A stretch of 64,000 nucleotides of DNA from Psammoneis japonica (Eukaryota). Position 1 is the stretch's first letter; every line of letters begins with the position of its first letter. Shown here one piece after another: positions 11,457-23,993 of this stretch. Location: assembly GCA_008632985.1 (NCBI GenBank), contig QPGO01000005.1, positions 889,607 to 953,606 on the forward strand, written 5' to 3'. The notes under the pieces are model-generated. The model was not told the DNA's origin. It was given only the letters and a program-made list of their open reading frames with translations, and searched no databases. The position numbers and the translations under genes were made by a program.

Positions 11457-13216
11457 ATGATGAGGAGCCGTTTGTTTTGGACATGGGTGGCTGCATTGTT
11501 GGTGATATCAACATCATTGATTGCTCTTTTATTGTGTCCCCATTCAAAGGTGGAAGAAAGTTTCAACTTACAAGCAACACATGACTTGTACTACCACGGC
11601 GTCATGCCAGCTCTGCACTCGGCAGTTCGTGGCGGCAGCAACGATAGCTTGCCCATCACGCTACCTTATGATCATTTACAATACCCTGGAGGTACTTTAA
11701 AAAAGTCTTTTGCCAAAGGATTTCCTTTCTATGGTCGACTAATCGAGAAAAAAAAACTCACACATGCGTTCTGCGCCCCCCCCCCCAATTTTTTGTTTTC
11801 CGCTTGAAAGTGGTTCCTCGTACCTTTGCCGCTCCACTGCTCTTGTCGTGCGCAGCTCGAATAATAAGTCTGTTACTGAGACCAATTTTTAGCTTATCAG
11901 ACCATCCCATGTCGGTTCAGTTTCTTTGCCGATTCTTGTTGCTTGCATGCCAATGGCATGCATGGTTCCGTTTAGCAAAAGCCGCACAACAAAAGTTTGG
12001 AAGGACGAATTGCGTGGGTATTTACTTTGCACTGATTACAGCTTGTCAGTTTCATTTGCCGTACTATGGGAGTCGAATGTTGCCCAATGTCTTTGCTCTG
12101 GTCTTGGTGACACATGCGCACGCTGAATGGTTGCTTGGCAGTACCAAACGAGCGACGGCTCTGCTCACGGCTGCGACTGTCATTTTTCGATGCGATGTTC
12201 TCCTACTCTTGGGATCCATGGGACTTTTCTGGCTCATATCAAAGCAGATTACCGTGGTACAAGCCATAACAGTGGGGTTCTTGTCAGTCTTCATGTCGCT
12301 GCTAGTCACTGCTCCTATTGACAGCATCCTGTGGCAACGTGTCGTGTGGCCAGAGGGAGAAGTATTTTATTTCAACACCATCTTGGGCAAGTCGAGTGAT
12401 TGGGGGACATCACCATGGCATTGGTATATCACCAGTGCTCTTCCCAAGTCAATGATGGCTACGATTTTCTTGGTGCCACTCTCCTTTCTGCGTATTCCAG
12501 AGTACATTGCGTCGTGGTGCGACAAACAAGCAACAAGGGCGGCGGTTCCAATTCTCGATACACCCATGCTTGGATTTTTGATTCCCATTGCCGGCTTTAT
12601 TGGGCTGTACTCGTTTTTGGGTCACAAGGAAATGCGTTTCATTTTTCCAGCGCTACCCATGCTTAATGTAGCTGCTGCGGTGGGAATGGGACGACTACAC
12701 GGGTTGACAAACAGAGCACCCAACAAAGACAAGGCCGAGCTTTCTTTCAAACTACTCGTGTCGTGGATCCTTTACACCGGTGGCCTTTTGACGATGCTCT
12801 TGACTTTTGTAGCAAGTACTGTCTTTCTTGCCGTTTCGCGGCACAATTATCCTGGCGGACAAGCCCTACAAATCCTATCAAATCACGTTGCGGAACATCG
12901 GCAGAACGACGAGGTACGACTTTACATTGACGTCGCTTCGGCCATGTCGGGTGTGTCGCTCTTTGGGCAAGCAGCTGCATCACTCAGTACGACAGAAAAA
13001 ATAAAGTGGCATTTTGAAAAGGCCGGCTATGAACAAGAGAATACTGGAGTTGGAGACTATTCTCGGTTTACACACATGTTGTCTGAAGAGCAAGACGTGC
13101 CTGGTTTCCATTCAATCGCTATTGCGCAAGGATACCCTCGCTTTGATTTTCGACACGCAAGAATAGTTACAAGTGATGCAATCTTTGTCCTAGAGCGTAA
13201 TGGGTGGGGGAACTGA
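11457..13216 (+). CDS. ALG12: Dol-P-Man:Man7GlcNAc2-PP-Dol alpha-1,6-mannosyltransferase (exons 11457-11691, 11811-13216)
   Basis: Motifs KVEESFNLQATHD, spliced YPGVVPRTF, SRMLPN, IFRCD, WPEGEVFYFNT, HKEMRFIFP and NYPGG. The GT-AG intron 11692-11810 restores the frame. Confidence 0.93.
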
Positions 13217-13261
13217 GCTCGGACCTTGCTGATGCCGACGTAAAGATAAGGTTTTATTACT

Positions 13262-15117
13262 CTAGCTTCTACTGACACTGCGACTCCTACTGTGGCGTTT
13301 CCTTTTCCTCTTGTGCTTCTTCTCGTGACGGTGCTCCTTTCGTCTGTCATCCTCTCGATCATGGTTGTGTCTACGGCGACTGTGACGATCGTCGCCTCCA
13401 TCATCACGGTGTCTGTGTCGATGGCGATCTCTATGACGTTTCTTGTGATGTTTCTTCCTCCGACGTTTGGGGCTGCGACTACGATCACTCTCACTGCTGC
13501 GACTAGTAGCGAGTGAGCGTCTGTCAAAGGAACGGGAACGGCTTCTTCGCATTGAACGATCCTCTTCGTCAAGTCTACGCTGTCGATTGTAGTGGTCGTC
13601 GTCATTATTGTGTCGCCTGTGTGAATGCGGTGAGCCGTCTCTTTGATAATCATCGTGGTATCGATTCCTCCCTGATACCGGCCTGTCCCGTCCTTGATCA
13701 CGTCCATCGTACCCATGACGACGATCCCTTGCGTCTCCCGGTGGCGGTCCACGAACTTCTCTGCCTCTGTTGCGATGATCATTACGTTGGTGTGGTGGGC
13801 GTCGCTGCTGATGACCCGCATGGCTATTATATCGCCTTTGATCACTGTCACCTTGTTGTCGATTCCGTTGAGGAGGCTTTGGTGGTCCTCCCGGTGCTCT
13901 CATTCGCTGCGCATACTTGTTCCACACTTTTGCTACACTCTGTGAAAAGTCCACCTTGATACGCCGGTCATCGATAAGCGCATTGTTCATTTTAAAGTAT
14001 GCCTCCACACACTTTCGCTTGTCGGCAAACTCGACAAAGGCATACTGGAGAGACGCGCCGGTTTCATTGTCTCGAATAATTTCAGCCTTGACGTCTGGAT
14101 CAAAGCGTGAAAAAATAAGTTCCAAGTCCTCATCGTCCGTCACTGGATTCAATTTGCAAACAAACAAAACATTCTCGGGAGCCTTGATATCTATAAAACG
14201 AAACACAGTGCAGCTAAGAGAACAAGAAGCAAAAACACACAAAAGTCGAACGCTTGCAAAAGTGCACACTCACCGGCAGATGGCAAGTCCCCCAACATTT
14301 CCAACACGACAGCACGCGATTTGTCTTCTCGTTTATGAATCTCTTCTTCTCGTTGTCTAGCCTTTTCGTGAGTTTCGTCTTCCTCCTCCGCTTCGTCCAC
14401 TTCATTTGCTTGAATGCGGTGCTCTACGACTTCTTCTGGAGGACGAATGTATTCAGGAGACGCCGTCACTATATCATCTTCCATTACAACGCCACGATGT
14501 TTAAGCAAGTCTTCCATTCCGGGAGGATCATCAAATGCATCATGAATCACCAATGCACGCACAATACGTATATCCGCAAACGGTCGTCCATCGGCATCGC
14601 AATAAGCCGCTTGAAGCTTGTCTAGCACACCGTCTTCATCCTCCGCTACCGTTCCCAACGACAAGAATTGCTGTTGCTGTTGTTCGGTACTGTTCAATGA
14701 TTCCACCATGAGCCCATCCAGTGCTTGCAGAGGCCCCTGTTCCAACGTGATTATAAACTGAGATCCAATGGTATCCGGTATCCCGTTCATTTCAGTCGCG
14801 ACGACCCGTCCTCGCTGCTGCAATTCCTCTTTGCTCAAGAAGCGTCCTTTTGTTTTCAGAAACCGTTTTTGACTCTCTTCGATACTCGTATTGTTTGTTG
14901 TAGCGTCAATCAGTCCATAGATACAGCCGCCGCCACTGCCATTGCCCTTGGGGTCTCCGCATTGACAATATCGTTGAGGCAAAATGTTGTAAATCAGCGT
15001 GTTGGTGTAGTAGCGAGCCTTTGTTAATTTCAAAACATTCCGAGCTAGCTCTGGACTACCCTCGACATCCAAGTCAATCACTACATCTCCAATTGTAGTT
15101 TCCAACAATATCGACAT
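13262..15117 (-). CDS. PPIL4: Cyclophilin-RRM protein (PPIL4/CYP59 type) with Arg/Ser/His-rich tail (exons 15117-14274, 14190-13262)
   Basis: N-terminal [61 protein letters not shown]...[20 protein letters not shown]; 83-nt GT-AG intron. Confidence 0.92.
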
Positions 15118-15239
15118 GCTTTTCTGGTGACAAGTAGTAGTTGTACGGTATTGTTGATGATGTGTGGTGTTGATGTATGATGTATTATGCAAGATGCAAG
15201 GGATGCAATGTGGATGCAAAAACATGAGAGGATAAAGAC

Positions 15240-16945
15240 AGACGCATTGACAAACTTCAGGCTGGCCGCCCGGCAGGCAAGCAGACAACAAATGTGAGCT
15301 CAGCGGCCTTTTCTTCGCACAAAAGAGACGAGATGCACTGCCACAAGGAGTCTCGTTGTGTTGCAAGGCCACCAGCAATCGACCCATGCAAGGCACAAGG
15401 CAGTTGGAACTTGTCATCTTTGTCGCTGTCGATTTCTGACAACAAGCAGCTGCCAGAGACCCCAAATGCTCCCGCAGCTGGTGCCCTTCTTTTCCTCCTT
15501 GCCCCACTCCTGTGCAGAAGCTGCGGGGAACAAAGAAAGTGAGTTTGAGTTTGTGCTGTCATCCTTTTCAAGCCAACCGACACAACTGGGCACAACAGGC
15601 AGAGACAACAGTGCACACTCTGCACAAAATTGATGCTCTGCTCTGTGTGCCTCTTTTTCCGTGGTCCATCGCCAGTGCACTCATCACCCCAACAACTTTG
15701 CTGCAGAGCTTGTGCTCAGAATTGCGTGGGCACCACATCACATGGCATCCAGCAGGAGTTTGAGCTTCAGCTGCACTGCTCCTTTTCTGCTGGCTTGTCC
15801 GACCTCCACAATGCTGTTGTGTGGAGAGCATCTTCCTTTCTGGCTGGTGCGTGTGTTGCTGCTGCAGCTTGGCACTCATTGATGGCACTGGGGGGAGCAA
15901 AAATGCACTGAGCACATGGAAAGTCAACTGGGATGTTGTCCTGTCTCTGCAACAAGCAGTTTGATGCATGGCCAGCTGTCTTTCAGCTTGGGGCAACTGA
16001 CAGCACACATGGCCACTCAAACTTGACAAAGAGGGAGAAGGAAAAAGAGAAACTTGCACATTTTGCTCAAGAAATGAGCAACACAATGCAGCAGAACAGG
16101 CAAGGTGTTCAGACATGGAAACACAGCTGCAGCACCTGGTCATGTGAAAATGTTGACTCATCACAATGAGTCTGCTGGGCCCGCTGCAATCCAGCCAGTT
16201 TCTTCCTGTCCCAACAAGAAGAGCATGGCACCAAGGGGCACAGGCACATTTGCAAATGCTGCCCCAAAGTGACAGTGGATGGCATGTGCAGGTCATGTGC
16301 CCAGAGGAACACAACAAACACGCGTCACACAACAAAAAGACTGTGTGTGCCATGCATGCTGCAGCACACCTCAAACATGCTCCTTCAAGTTCTGCTCCTG
16401 CATTGCCAACAAATTGGAGAAGCTCATTCCTCTTTTGGTCAAAAAGTTCAACAGCCTTTGAGAGCTGCTGCTTCCTGAGCCATTTTAGAGAGACAGTCAT
16501 GGCCAAGACCAACAGACCCATCACGCCAATTGTGCTTTCCCAGTTTTGTTCAATTTCAAATTTGATGGGGTTTTGTTGTTTGACTCACAGGTTTGTTGGG
16601 GCCTGCACACCAGCTGAGTGTGTTGGGTGCACTCATTGAAGAATCAACAGCTGGCAAAGTTCGTGAAGTGGAGAGATGTTTTCTGCTTGCTTCTTTCAGG
16701 GAAGGATGGGAGTGAGGGTTTGGGCTTGAGTTTTGTGACATGTGTTCTCTTTCTAGAGATTCTGTGGACAAGTCCCTGGAAAACAGGTGATTGCTCGTGC
16801 ATGTCACATTGGGGTGAGGGCAACACAGAAGTGGAAACACCTGCGGCACTTCAAAACACAGAGCAGAACAAAGCATGCTGGAAACGGAAGAGCTTCAGGG
16901 CGGCATCAGTGAAAAGGCCGACAATGTGGATGGTGTTGAATCGCT
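15240..16945. mobile_element. Degenerate repeat domain 2 (CpG- and TpA-depleted), element type not identified
   Basis: The only TpA seen inside are TTAG (~16486) and CTAG (~16754). No recognisable intact ORF. Confidence 0.6.
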
Positions 16946-17332
16946 GATATCTCTTGCTGGTGCTGCAAAGGATTGCCATCGAGCAAAACTGCACTTTCAT
17001 CAGAAGAAACTGAAAAAATTGAAATCAAAGAAGGGTGGCAACTTCCGGGTGCGGCAGACGTTGAGCGGAAACGAAAAGTCGACACTCGGAACGGCGAACG
17101 ATCATTCGAGCAATCGCAAAACGAAGGTACGCTTTGCAACCGGATGAAGAAAAAGCGCGGAAAGTTATCGTTAGGATTGGCGTAGTATAGATTTGTGGTT
17201 CAGGATTATCTTGTCTAGAGAAGTTACATTTTGCCACTAACTTTTATCTTTTGCAGTCCCTGTCATCCAAACTTAACTTACTAAAATGAACGTACAGCTG
17301 AAAAGAGCCATTGCGGATGCATTATTTCCCTG

Positions 17333-18400
17333 TTAACTCAGAAGCGACGGCATTGCTGGAAGCGGAATATGACTAGTCTTCGTCTTGATAACTTCGTCAA
17401 TCAACCCGTAGTCCATGGCCTCGTAAGGCGTCATAAAGAAGTCCTGCAAGCCAAGAAAAGATAGCATAATGCATGAGCATCAAACGCCTACCTTACAACA
17501 AAGCAAAGGATCACGACCATCACCAGATTCGTGCTTACCCTGTCGGTATCTTCCGCAATCTTTTCAATAGGTTGATCACAGTAGTCAGCCATGAATTTGT
17601 TGAGGCACGCCTTGGTAAAGAGAATCTCCTTTGCCTGAATTTCAATATCTGCAGCTTGTCCCTGTGCTCCGCCGAGAGGTTGATGGATCATGATTCTGGC
17701 ATTGGGCAAGGACCTGCGCTTTCCGGGTGTACCAGCTCCGAGCAGAAACGCTCCCATACTGGCTGCCATTCCAAAGCAAACAGTCTGAACATCGCAAGGG
17801 ATGAATTGCATTGTATCGTAAATAGCCAATCCAGCACTGACAGAGCCACCGGGAGAGTTAATGTAAAGAGTGATTTCCTTGTCAGGGTCCTCATTGGCAA
17901 GATACAAGAGCTGGGCAACGAGCACATTGGCAACCTCATCGTTCACATCCGTTCCAAGAAGAAGGATGCGGTCCTTGAGCAAACGAGAAATGACATCAAG
18001 TTGCTTTCCCTCAGCACCCTCTACGGTTGGTAGCGGTGGAGGAGTGCGAGGTTTTGGTGGTGGTTTTTGTGGTTCTTCGGGAGTGGGCTACAAAGACAAC
18101 AACACGCAAACGAGTCGGCGTCAGGCTTTCATGCAAAAGTACCCCAAGTCGCCTAATAACAAACCAGTATAAAGCACTCACCTCCTCAGGCATCATGAAA
18201 GCCCCGTTCATTGACACACCTGTCTTACTCGAAAGAGCCGGTCGACCAATCGTGGAGAAGGCACCTGATACGCAATCGCCACGGCAGAAAATGTGAGAGC
18301 GCGAGAAAGATACAGTTTTTGATCTAAGCGCTGCTTGATCTTTCGACTTACCGACTGTGGATACCAACCCAAAGACGAAAAGGATTGCTTGTCTCATCAT
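17333..18400 (-). CDS. clpP: Plastid-targeted ATP-dependent Clp protease proteolytic subunit (exons 18400-18352, 18264-18182, 18087-17539, 17443-17333)
   Basis: [19 protein letters not shown], catalytic AASMG and MIHQP, spliced [11 protein letters not shown]. Signal peptide followed by G-AF (ASAF-like plastid motif). Three GT-AG introns. Confidence 0.93.
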
Positions 18401-18765
18401 TATATATCAATTGCCGAAGTTTTGTCGACTGAAAAGGACAATCGCAGTCCGAACTCACCAAGAAGCCAACAGATGAATCATCTCACGGTCGTCGTAGATG
18501 ACGTGCACGCAACAACACGATAAAAAAGGAAAGCAGCGGCTGCTGTGAGCCGTGGTACTTCCTCGTGGAACTCTACGTACGAGACGGACAATGACTCGTT
18601 CGATTACAACGCAGTTTTCGGCTCTATCGACATCACGTCTGTTTGTCCGTCATCGTCGTCAGTCAGAAATAACTTTAGAGTCCTAGACTACCGGTAGCTA
18701 CTCTCTAGAGTAGAGAGGTACCGCGATAGAGTGGGCCTTGCACTCTTCGAATTCAGTGGTCGCGT

Positions 18766-18911
18766 CTAATGGTTTTTATCTGGGCCTCAGACTACCTATT
18801 AGACCTCTAATGGTTTTTATTTGGACCTCAGACCTCGAGGTCTAATGTTTTTTTCAAAGAAGTACAAGTATTAGACCTCTAATGGTTTTTATTTGGACCT
18901 CAGACCTCGAG
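18766..18911. repeat. Short repeat cluster with palindrome (possible MITE remnant)
   Basis: Three copies of TCTAATGGTTTTTAT(C/T)TGG(G/A)CCTCAGAC and the palindrome AGACCTCGAGGTCT at ~18830-18843. Confidence 0.7.
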
Positions 18912-18970
18912 AAACATTGCCCTACTGGCTGTGCATGCCAAAAACTGAAACAGAGTGGGCCGCATACCGG

Positions 18971-19830
18971 ATGATACTGTCCTCCCGTCGACGCTTGACG
19001 CTTACGTGCCACGTTTGTTTAGTCGTATGCTGTTGTCTATGCGATGTAGCTCTGTCAGAGACGAAGTGGAAAGCAAAGGAGGTTTCGAACGACCAGATTC
19101 ATCAGGCAAAGGAACATACTCGCAATCAACTCACAAACGCGAGTACGCAAGCAGCGTCTGCAAAAGAGGAACCAGAGGCTGAGCCAACATGTTGGTCTGT
19201 GGGTGAATGTGAAATGTGCTCAGGTCAAGATGATAGAGAAGCTTGCGATGAAACAGGTAGAAGACAACGGTATCAATGTGAAACATACCGAGATGGTAAG
19301 AAGAAATAGTCGGGTCTAGCTAGTCGTGCGAAATTTTGTCGATTGGCACGTTGCACGACTTGAAACGGCAATCTCATCCAAGCCCTTTTCATTGTGTTTC
19401 TATCGTTTTACAACTAGGAGAAAAAATAAAGGAGGAACAGATATATCGGTCTTGTGCAAGAACTGCCTGGGACGAGGAGTTTCTAATGGTGCGTGTTTTC
19501 TCATTGTTCTCTGAAGCGTTCCCTTGTCGTTGTCGCGCTTCAATTCGCTTACATTATTTATTTATACAATTTACTTTTGCTTCTGATCAGATTCGACTGC
19601 AGGTCTTTTGCGTCTTACTGGGAACAATATCATTGTTTTCGGTCCGAAAACAAAAGATTCTGAGTGCCAGCTTGTTTGACCAGCGCAAGTCGTCAAAGCG
19701 GAACGTTGCAGCAAGCATTGAACTAGCTAGCATAAGTAGCAGCGCAAGTCCAATAAGCACCCTCAAAAACGACGAGGAGCGAGTTCCGCTCACTAGTGAC
19801 GACCGAAATGATTCAATAGATATTGTATAA
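18971..19830 (+). CDS. Small type-I membrane protein, JTB (jumping translocation breakpoint)-like (exons 18971-19295, 19418-19488, 19591-19830)
   Basis: Signal peptide, Cys pattern CW..GECEMCS...ACDETG...C...YRSC, then a TM helix and basic VRKQK. Two GT-AG introns keep the frame. Confidence 0.65.
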
Positions 19831-21199
19831 AGGGAATTTTGCCGTGAGTTTCTTTGCACTCGTTCACACACACCGTATTAATGTTACTTTCTCTCTGAAA
19901 GATACAATACGCTTGTGACAAGCTAACTCACCATGTTTATCGACATCGTGTAGAAGTACAATCCTCCCCTTCGATCTTGGATTGTGAGTGTTGTCGTGGG
20001 CGTGAAAGCAGCCGAATTATATGGAGTTGAGACGCCGTGTCGCATCGTTTCACAGAAACTCACCGAGAAACTTCCTAAGATCTTCCTGTCGTATCAATGC
20101 GCCAGATGCGGTCGAGTCAAGCACGGAAAGATGTCGTGTAGCAGTTATCGCGATGGTCTACCCCATTTTCGGAAACACGTGCCGAAATAATGCAGGGCGT
20201 TCAATCCATCAATCCCGATACCAGATCTCTTGCCCGATTTCAGGATTTCCCTGTGTACCCGTTTGGTGCCTCTACGGATGTCCCATATGAATTGGTCGTC
20301 GCCTTTACCGATGATCCTGCGATCATGTCTTCTGCCATATGTATCAGAATTGGAAGCGACCGGTGGAGAAGACACACGGGAAAGTCAGCCGGAGACAATT
20401 TGGCAGCCTCTCAAAGGACCTAACAAGGTTTCTTTCGGTATACTCCTAGAAGCTACATCTTGTTGTATGTGGACGGACTCTCCGTTTAATCCTCCCGAAG
20501 ACGAATTGTCCTATCCAACGTTTGCACATACGACCGAGGAACTCTTGGTGGCACTAACTGAATTGAAGGGCACCAGTGACTGGCCATTGTTATTCTTTGT
20601 TTTTTCGAAGAATAGAGCATGTTCTCGGGGACTTGTCGAGAACTTTCTCTTCCTGTCGGCACTGTCGGGCAGTTCAAATGTAGGGCTGACTATGACGCTT
20701 CTCATAGCGAAGGTGTTGCGTGCCCCTTGGCTACAAAGGGTGCCGTCAATGTTGGTGAAACAACTACGGACACTCTTTTAATGACTCTTTAGCCAATATT
20801 GCCACTAAGATTGTTCCTGGTCAGGGTGTCTCTCAGAGCATTGCAGAATCGATTCAAGAAGTCGACAATCTCAAGGAAGATGTGGGTTGCTAGTAGGTGC
20901 ATCGGGGGCGTCCGTTTGTATCTGCCACAACATGTTTCATTTTTTTATTAGCCATCACATGTGTGACCTACATTGCTTACAATAGAGATATTTGGAGGTA
21001 GGCGTCCTCACTTTGAGCGGGAGTAGCACAAGACAAAAGACCCGACCTGCACTGTTCAAAATGGTGTGGCAGCTGCGGCTGTTACCTGTTGTTCCATGAT
21101 CCAGCAACTGCTGGCAATGGTTGGGCAAGAGTGTGACAACGCAGAAGATTGCTTTATCCCCCCCCCCCCCCTGCAAATCTCCAAAGTCTTCTGCTGGTG

Positions 21200-21920
21200 T
21201 CTTGTGGCAATTGGCAACCCATCATCCATGGCGTGACCTCATGGGTGCCACACTCACATCCATTTGGAGGCCAATTCAGGGCCCAGCCCTGCCCAGCCCC
21301 ACCACTGCATGTCTTGTGAGTTTCTGATGAAAGACAGTGCCCTCTGCAAAATGTTGTCAACAAAAAGTTTTGCAGGATGTGCTGAAGTGCAGTGACAAAC
21401 TGGACAACATGCCTCCCCTCCAAGATCTCCTCTTGTCTTCTCTCCAGGCTTGGTTCTTCCAAAGTCAGATTGCACATTTGAAAAGGTGGATTGCCACTTG
21501 CAGACACTTTTCGACACTTGGAATGAAGCTGGGTGGCACCAGGTGCTTGACAGCTGACTCTCCTGCTTGTAAAACACAACTCAGCTGGATCATTTGCACA
21601 CAGACTTGGGCTTTCTCTTGGGTGGCCCCAGTCAGAGAACAAAATGCCCCCTGGCCAGTTGGCACAAGTTGGGTCTTTCACGTGGTCACAATGTGGATGC
21701 CAGAGAGTTGGCTCAATGCTGTCTCTTGCAGAGGCAGAGCTGACAGCTGTCTGAAACAAATGGCAAGAAGAAAGCATCATCCAGCCAAAGTTTGTGTGGG
21801 GCTGCTGGAGTTGGTTGAAGAACATTGGATGCATGGACTCTCAAGAACAACAAAGATGCAAAGAGTTGGATTGCAGTGGCTCAACCAACACTGGAGAACA
21901 GCCTCAACAAAGAAGGAAAG
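21200..21920 (+). pseudogene. 3' fragment of a non-LTR (LINE-like) retrotransposon ORF2
   Basis: Fragments LLSSLQAWF, WNEAGWHQVLDS*L (Q..IGW..L.GR-like), WIICTQTWAFSW and terminal WTLKNNKDAKSWIAVAQP resemble LINE C-terminal regions as recalled. No RT core is present. Confidence 0.4.
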
Positions 21921-22049
21921 TTTTTCAGGGTTTTGCTGCTCCTCCCCCATGCCATTGGTGCTGCTGACCATTTTTGTTGGGCACCATCTCTGGGTGGCAG
22001 CCCTCCCAGCCAATCATTTTCCCTTCTGCCATGCTGGATGGTGCAACAG

Positions 22050-23450
22050 AAGTGTGGGTTGGCACAGCATCAGAGAAGCTCTGGCCATTGCCTGCCATGA
22101 TCCAGCAACCATCAATGACATGGAATTGGCATGACAGCACCCAAGCAAAGCAAGATGACTCATCTTGCCCCTCTGCAAATCTCTAAAGTCTCATGGAAAT
22201 TTGCAAGCCATCCTCCAATGTGTGGCACATCATTGGCAAGCTGTGTTCATGTCTGTTTGGAAGCCAACTCAGATGCATTGTTCCTGGGCTCTGCTGTCTC
22301 ACTGGTTGCCCAAGTTTTTGGGTTGACAACAACATGTTTTTTCTTTCTGCTGGCTGGCTCTCATGTGCAGAAGAGAGCTGTCAAGCACATCATCTGCTGT
22401 TTGAGGCCACAGCTCTGGTGCCAGCCTTGCATGCCCACAAAAGCAGCAAACAGACAATGGGATGGAACAACAAGGAGCAGCCAGGAGGGGGGGAAAGCAG
22501 GTGTTTTTGGTGAACATCAAAAACCTGTGTGTCAAATCTCTCAGATCTTGTTTTGCAAGATCCAGTGCTTGTCTTGCCCACAATGAGGTGTCCCCACAAC
22601 CCACAGAACAACCCTTGTGCTCTCTCAAGGAGGTTGCAAAGAATGCAAATTCTTTGATTGTCAAGCACAACTTGTTGTGGACAATTTGCAAGAAACAGCC
22701 CATTTCTCAGATTGTTTGCTTTTTCAGGTCTGAGTCCAAACTTTTGCAGGAGCCCACACCCTTTTTGTTTTGCCCCACCAAATCTTTTGGGTCACAATGA
22801 TGCCTTCTCACGGCTCTCACAGTCTTCTGCCTCGTTTGTGAAGATGTGCTTGTTGTGCAAGATCTGGCACTTGGCCTTTTCTTTCCTGGCCAGCTCTTGT
22901 CCCTTTGCAGTGCTTGACTGCCTTGTTTGTGCTGGTTCTCTCTCCTCTGCAGCAGCTCATCAGCAGACTCTTGCACAGCAGCCACACCTCTCAAAACAGA
23001 TCAGAGGTGATGCAGTTGTCAGCGGAGGCAGTTGCCAGTGGAAGCAGTTGCCAGCAGAAACAGTTGCCTGGCATCTGGCGCCAGTCTCTGCTGCTTGTGT
23101 CTGACCAATTTGACAAAACCTGCAACATTTGCTCTCCTCCAAAGCTTCTGCTTTCTGCCTGTGGTGTGCCAACAGAGACAATGCACACAGCCAGGGGACA
23201 GTGCACATTGATTTGAGGGGCTCAATGCTGCAACGCTCATCACATTGGAGCATGGTCCACCCTTTGTCAACCACAGCACAGCTGACCTTGATTGAGCTCT
23301 TTGCATTTTTCCCAGCTGAGCAGTGCAGACCTCTGTGCTGCTCCATTTTACCCCGTGCGACGACCCCTTTGCAAAATTGTTTTTGCTGCTCTTCACTTGC
23401 AATTGGCTGCCCATCATTTTGGCTGCAGACTCCAGTTTTTACAGTGCACA
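22050..23450 (-). pseudogene. Possible decayed MULE/MuDR transposase 5' part
   Basis: ASEEQQKQFCK...IKVSCAVVDKGWTMLQ (MuDR-like DNA-binding pattern) followed by VIDGCWIM (first-Asp-like motif). Heavily degraded. Confidence 0.25.
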
Positions 23451-23993
23451 CCATGAAATTTCTGTGACAATTTGGATTCAACACAGGCACCCATGGGAAA
23501 AGTGAAGAACAGTGCATGCTCCGACAGAGTTTTGCCAAACGGAGAGCTCCTCTGGCTGCTGTGTGTCACAGCCCTTCATGTTGCTGTCACCAGGCAATGG
23601 GTGACAGACAGCATTGTTCTTTTTCAAACTTTGACCAAACATTTGCAGATGAGTGTGAACTGCCAATGGCAAGCATCAGGAGCTGCACTTTGCCTGGATC
23701 TTCATGATCCGCAGCAAATGGCATTGGCCTGGAACTCATGATGGCGTGCTTCGACGGAATCTTGCCGATCGGCGATCGGAGTTCTTTGCACGGTCGGATT
23801 CTGGATCTTTTCACTTTGCACTGTGTGGTTCAGTGTTCAGTGCTCAGTAGTGCGAACCCTCTCGTCGTGTCATGATGTTTTGTTGAGACAGTGACAGTTC
23901 CTCTTCTTGTTCGCTTGTTAGCACAAGAAAAGACTGTATCATGTTACATTGACATGCCGCATTTGCCTCAATCCTGAAGTTCTGACACTTTCT

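Larger units (their letters stand above)
21030..23845. mobile_element. Degenerate repeat/TE domain 3 (CpG- and TpA-depleted)
   Basis: Only a handful of TpA in 2.8 kb; contains LINE-like and possibly MULE-like fragments. Confidence 0.7.

Noticed and set aside
13057..13959. Long alternative-frame and antisense ORFs over PPIL4 (similar ones overlie ClpP and the RGG gene)
   Set aside because: They are shadows of low-complexity or codon-biased real CDSs.
19900..20800. Possible gene (plus ORF 20230-20781 or minus ORFs 20511-20705 and 20145-20375)
   Set aside because: The minus frame is interrupted by stops, no convincing splice model or motif was found, and the plus ORF looks like an antisense shadow. 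It could be a pseudogene or ncRNA but this cannot be supported.
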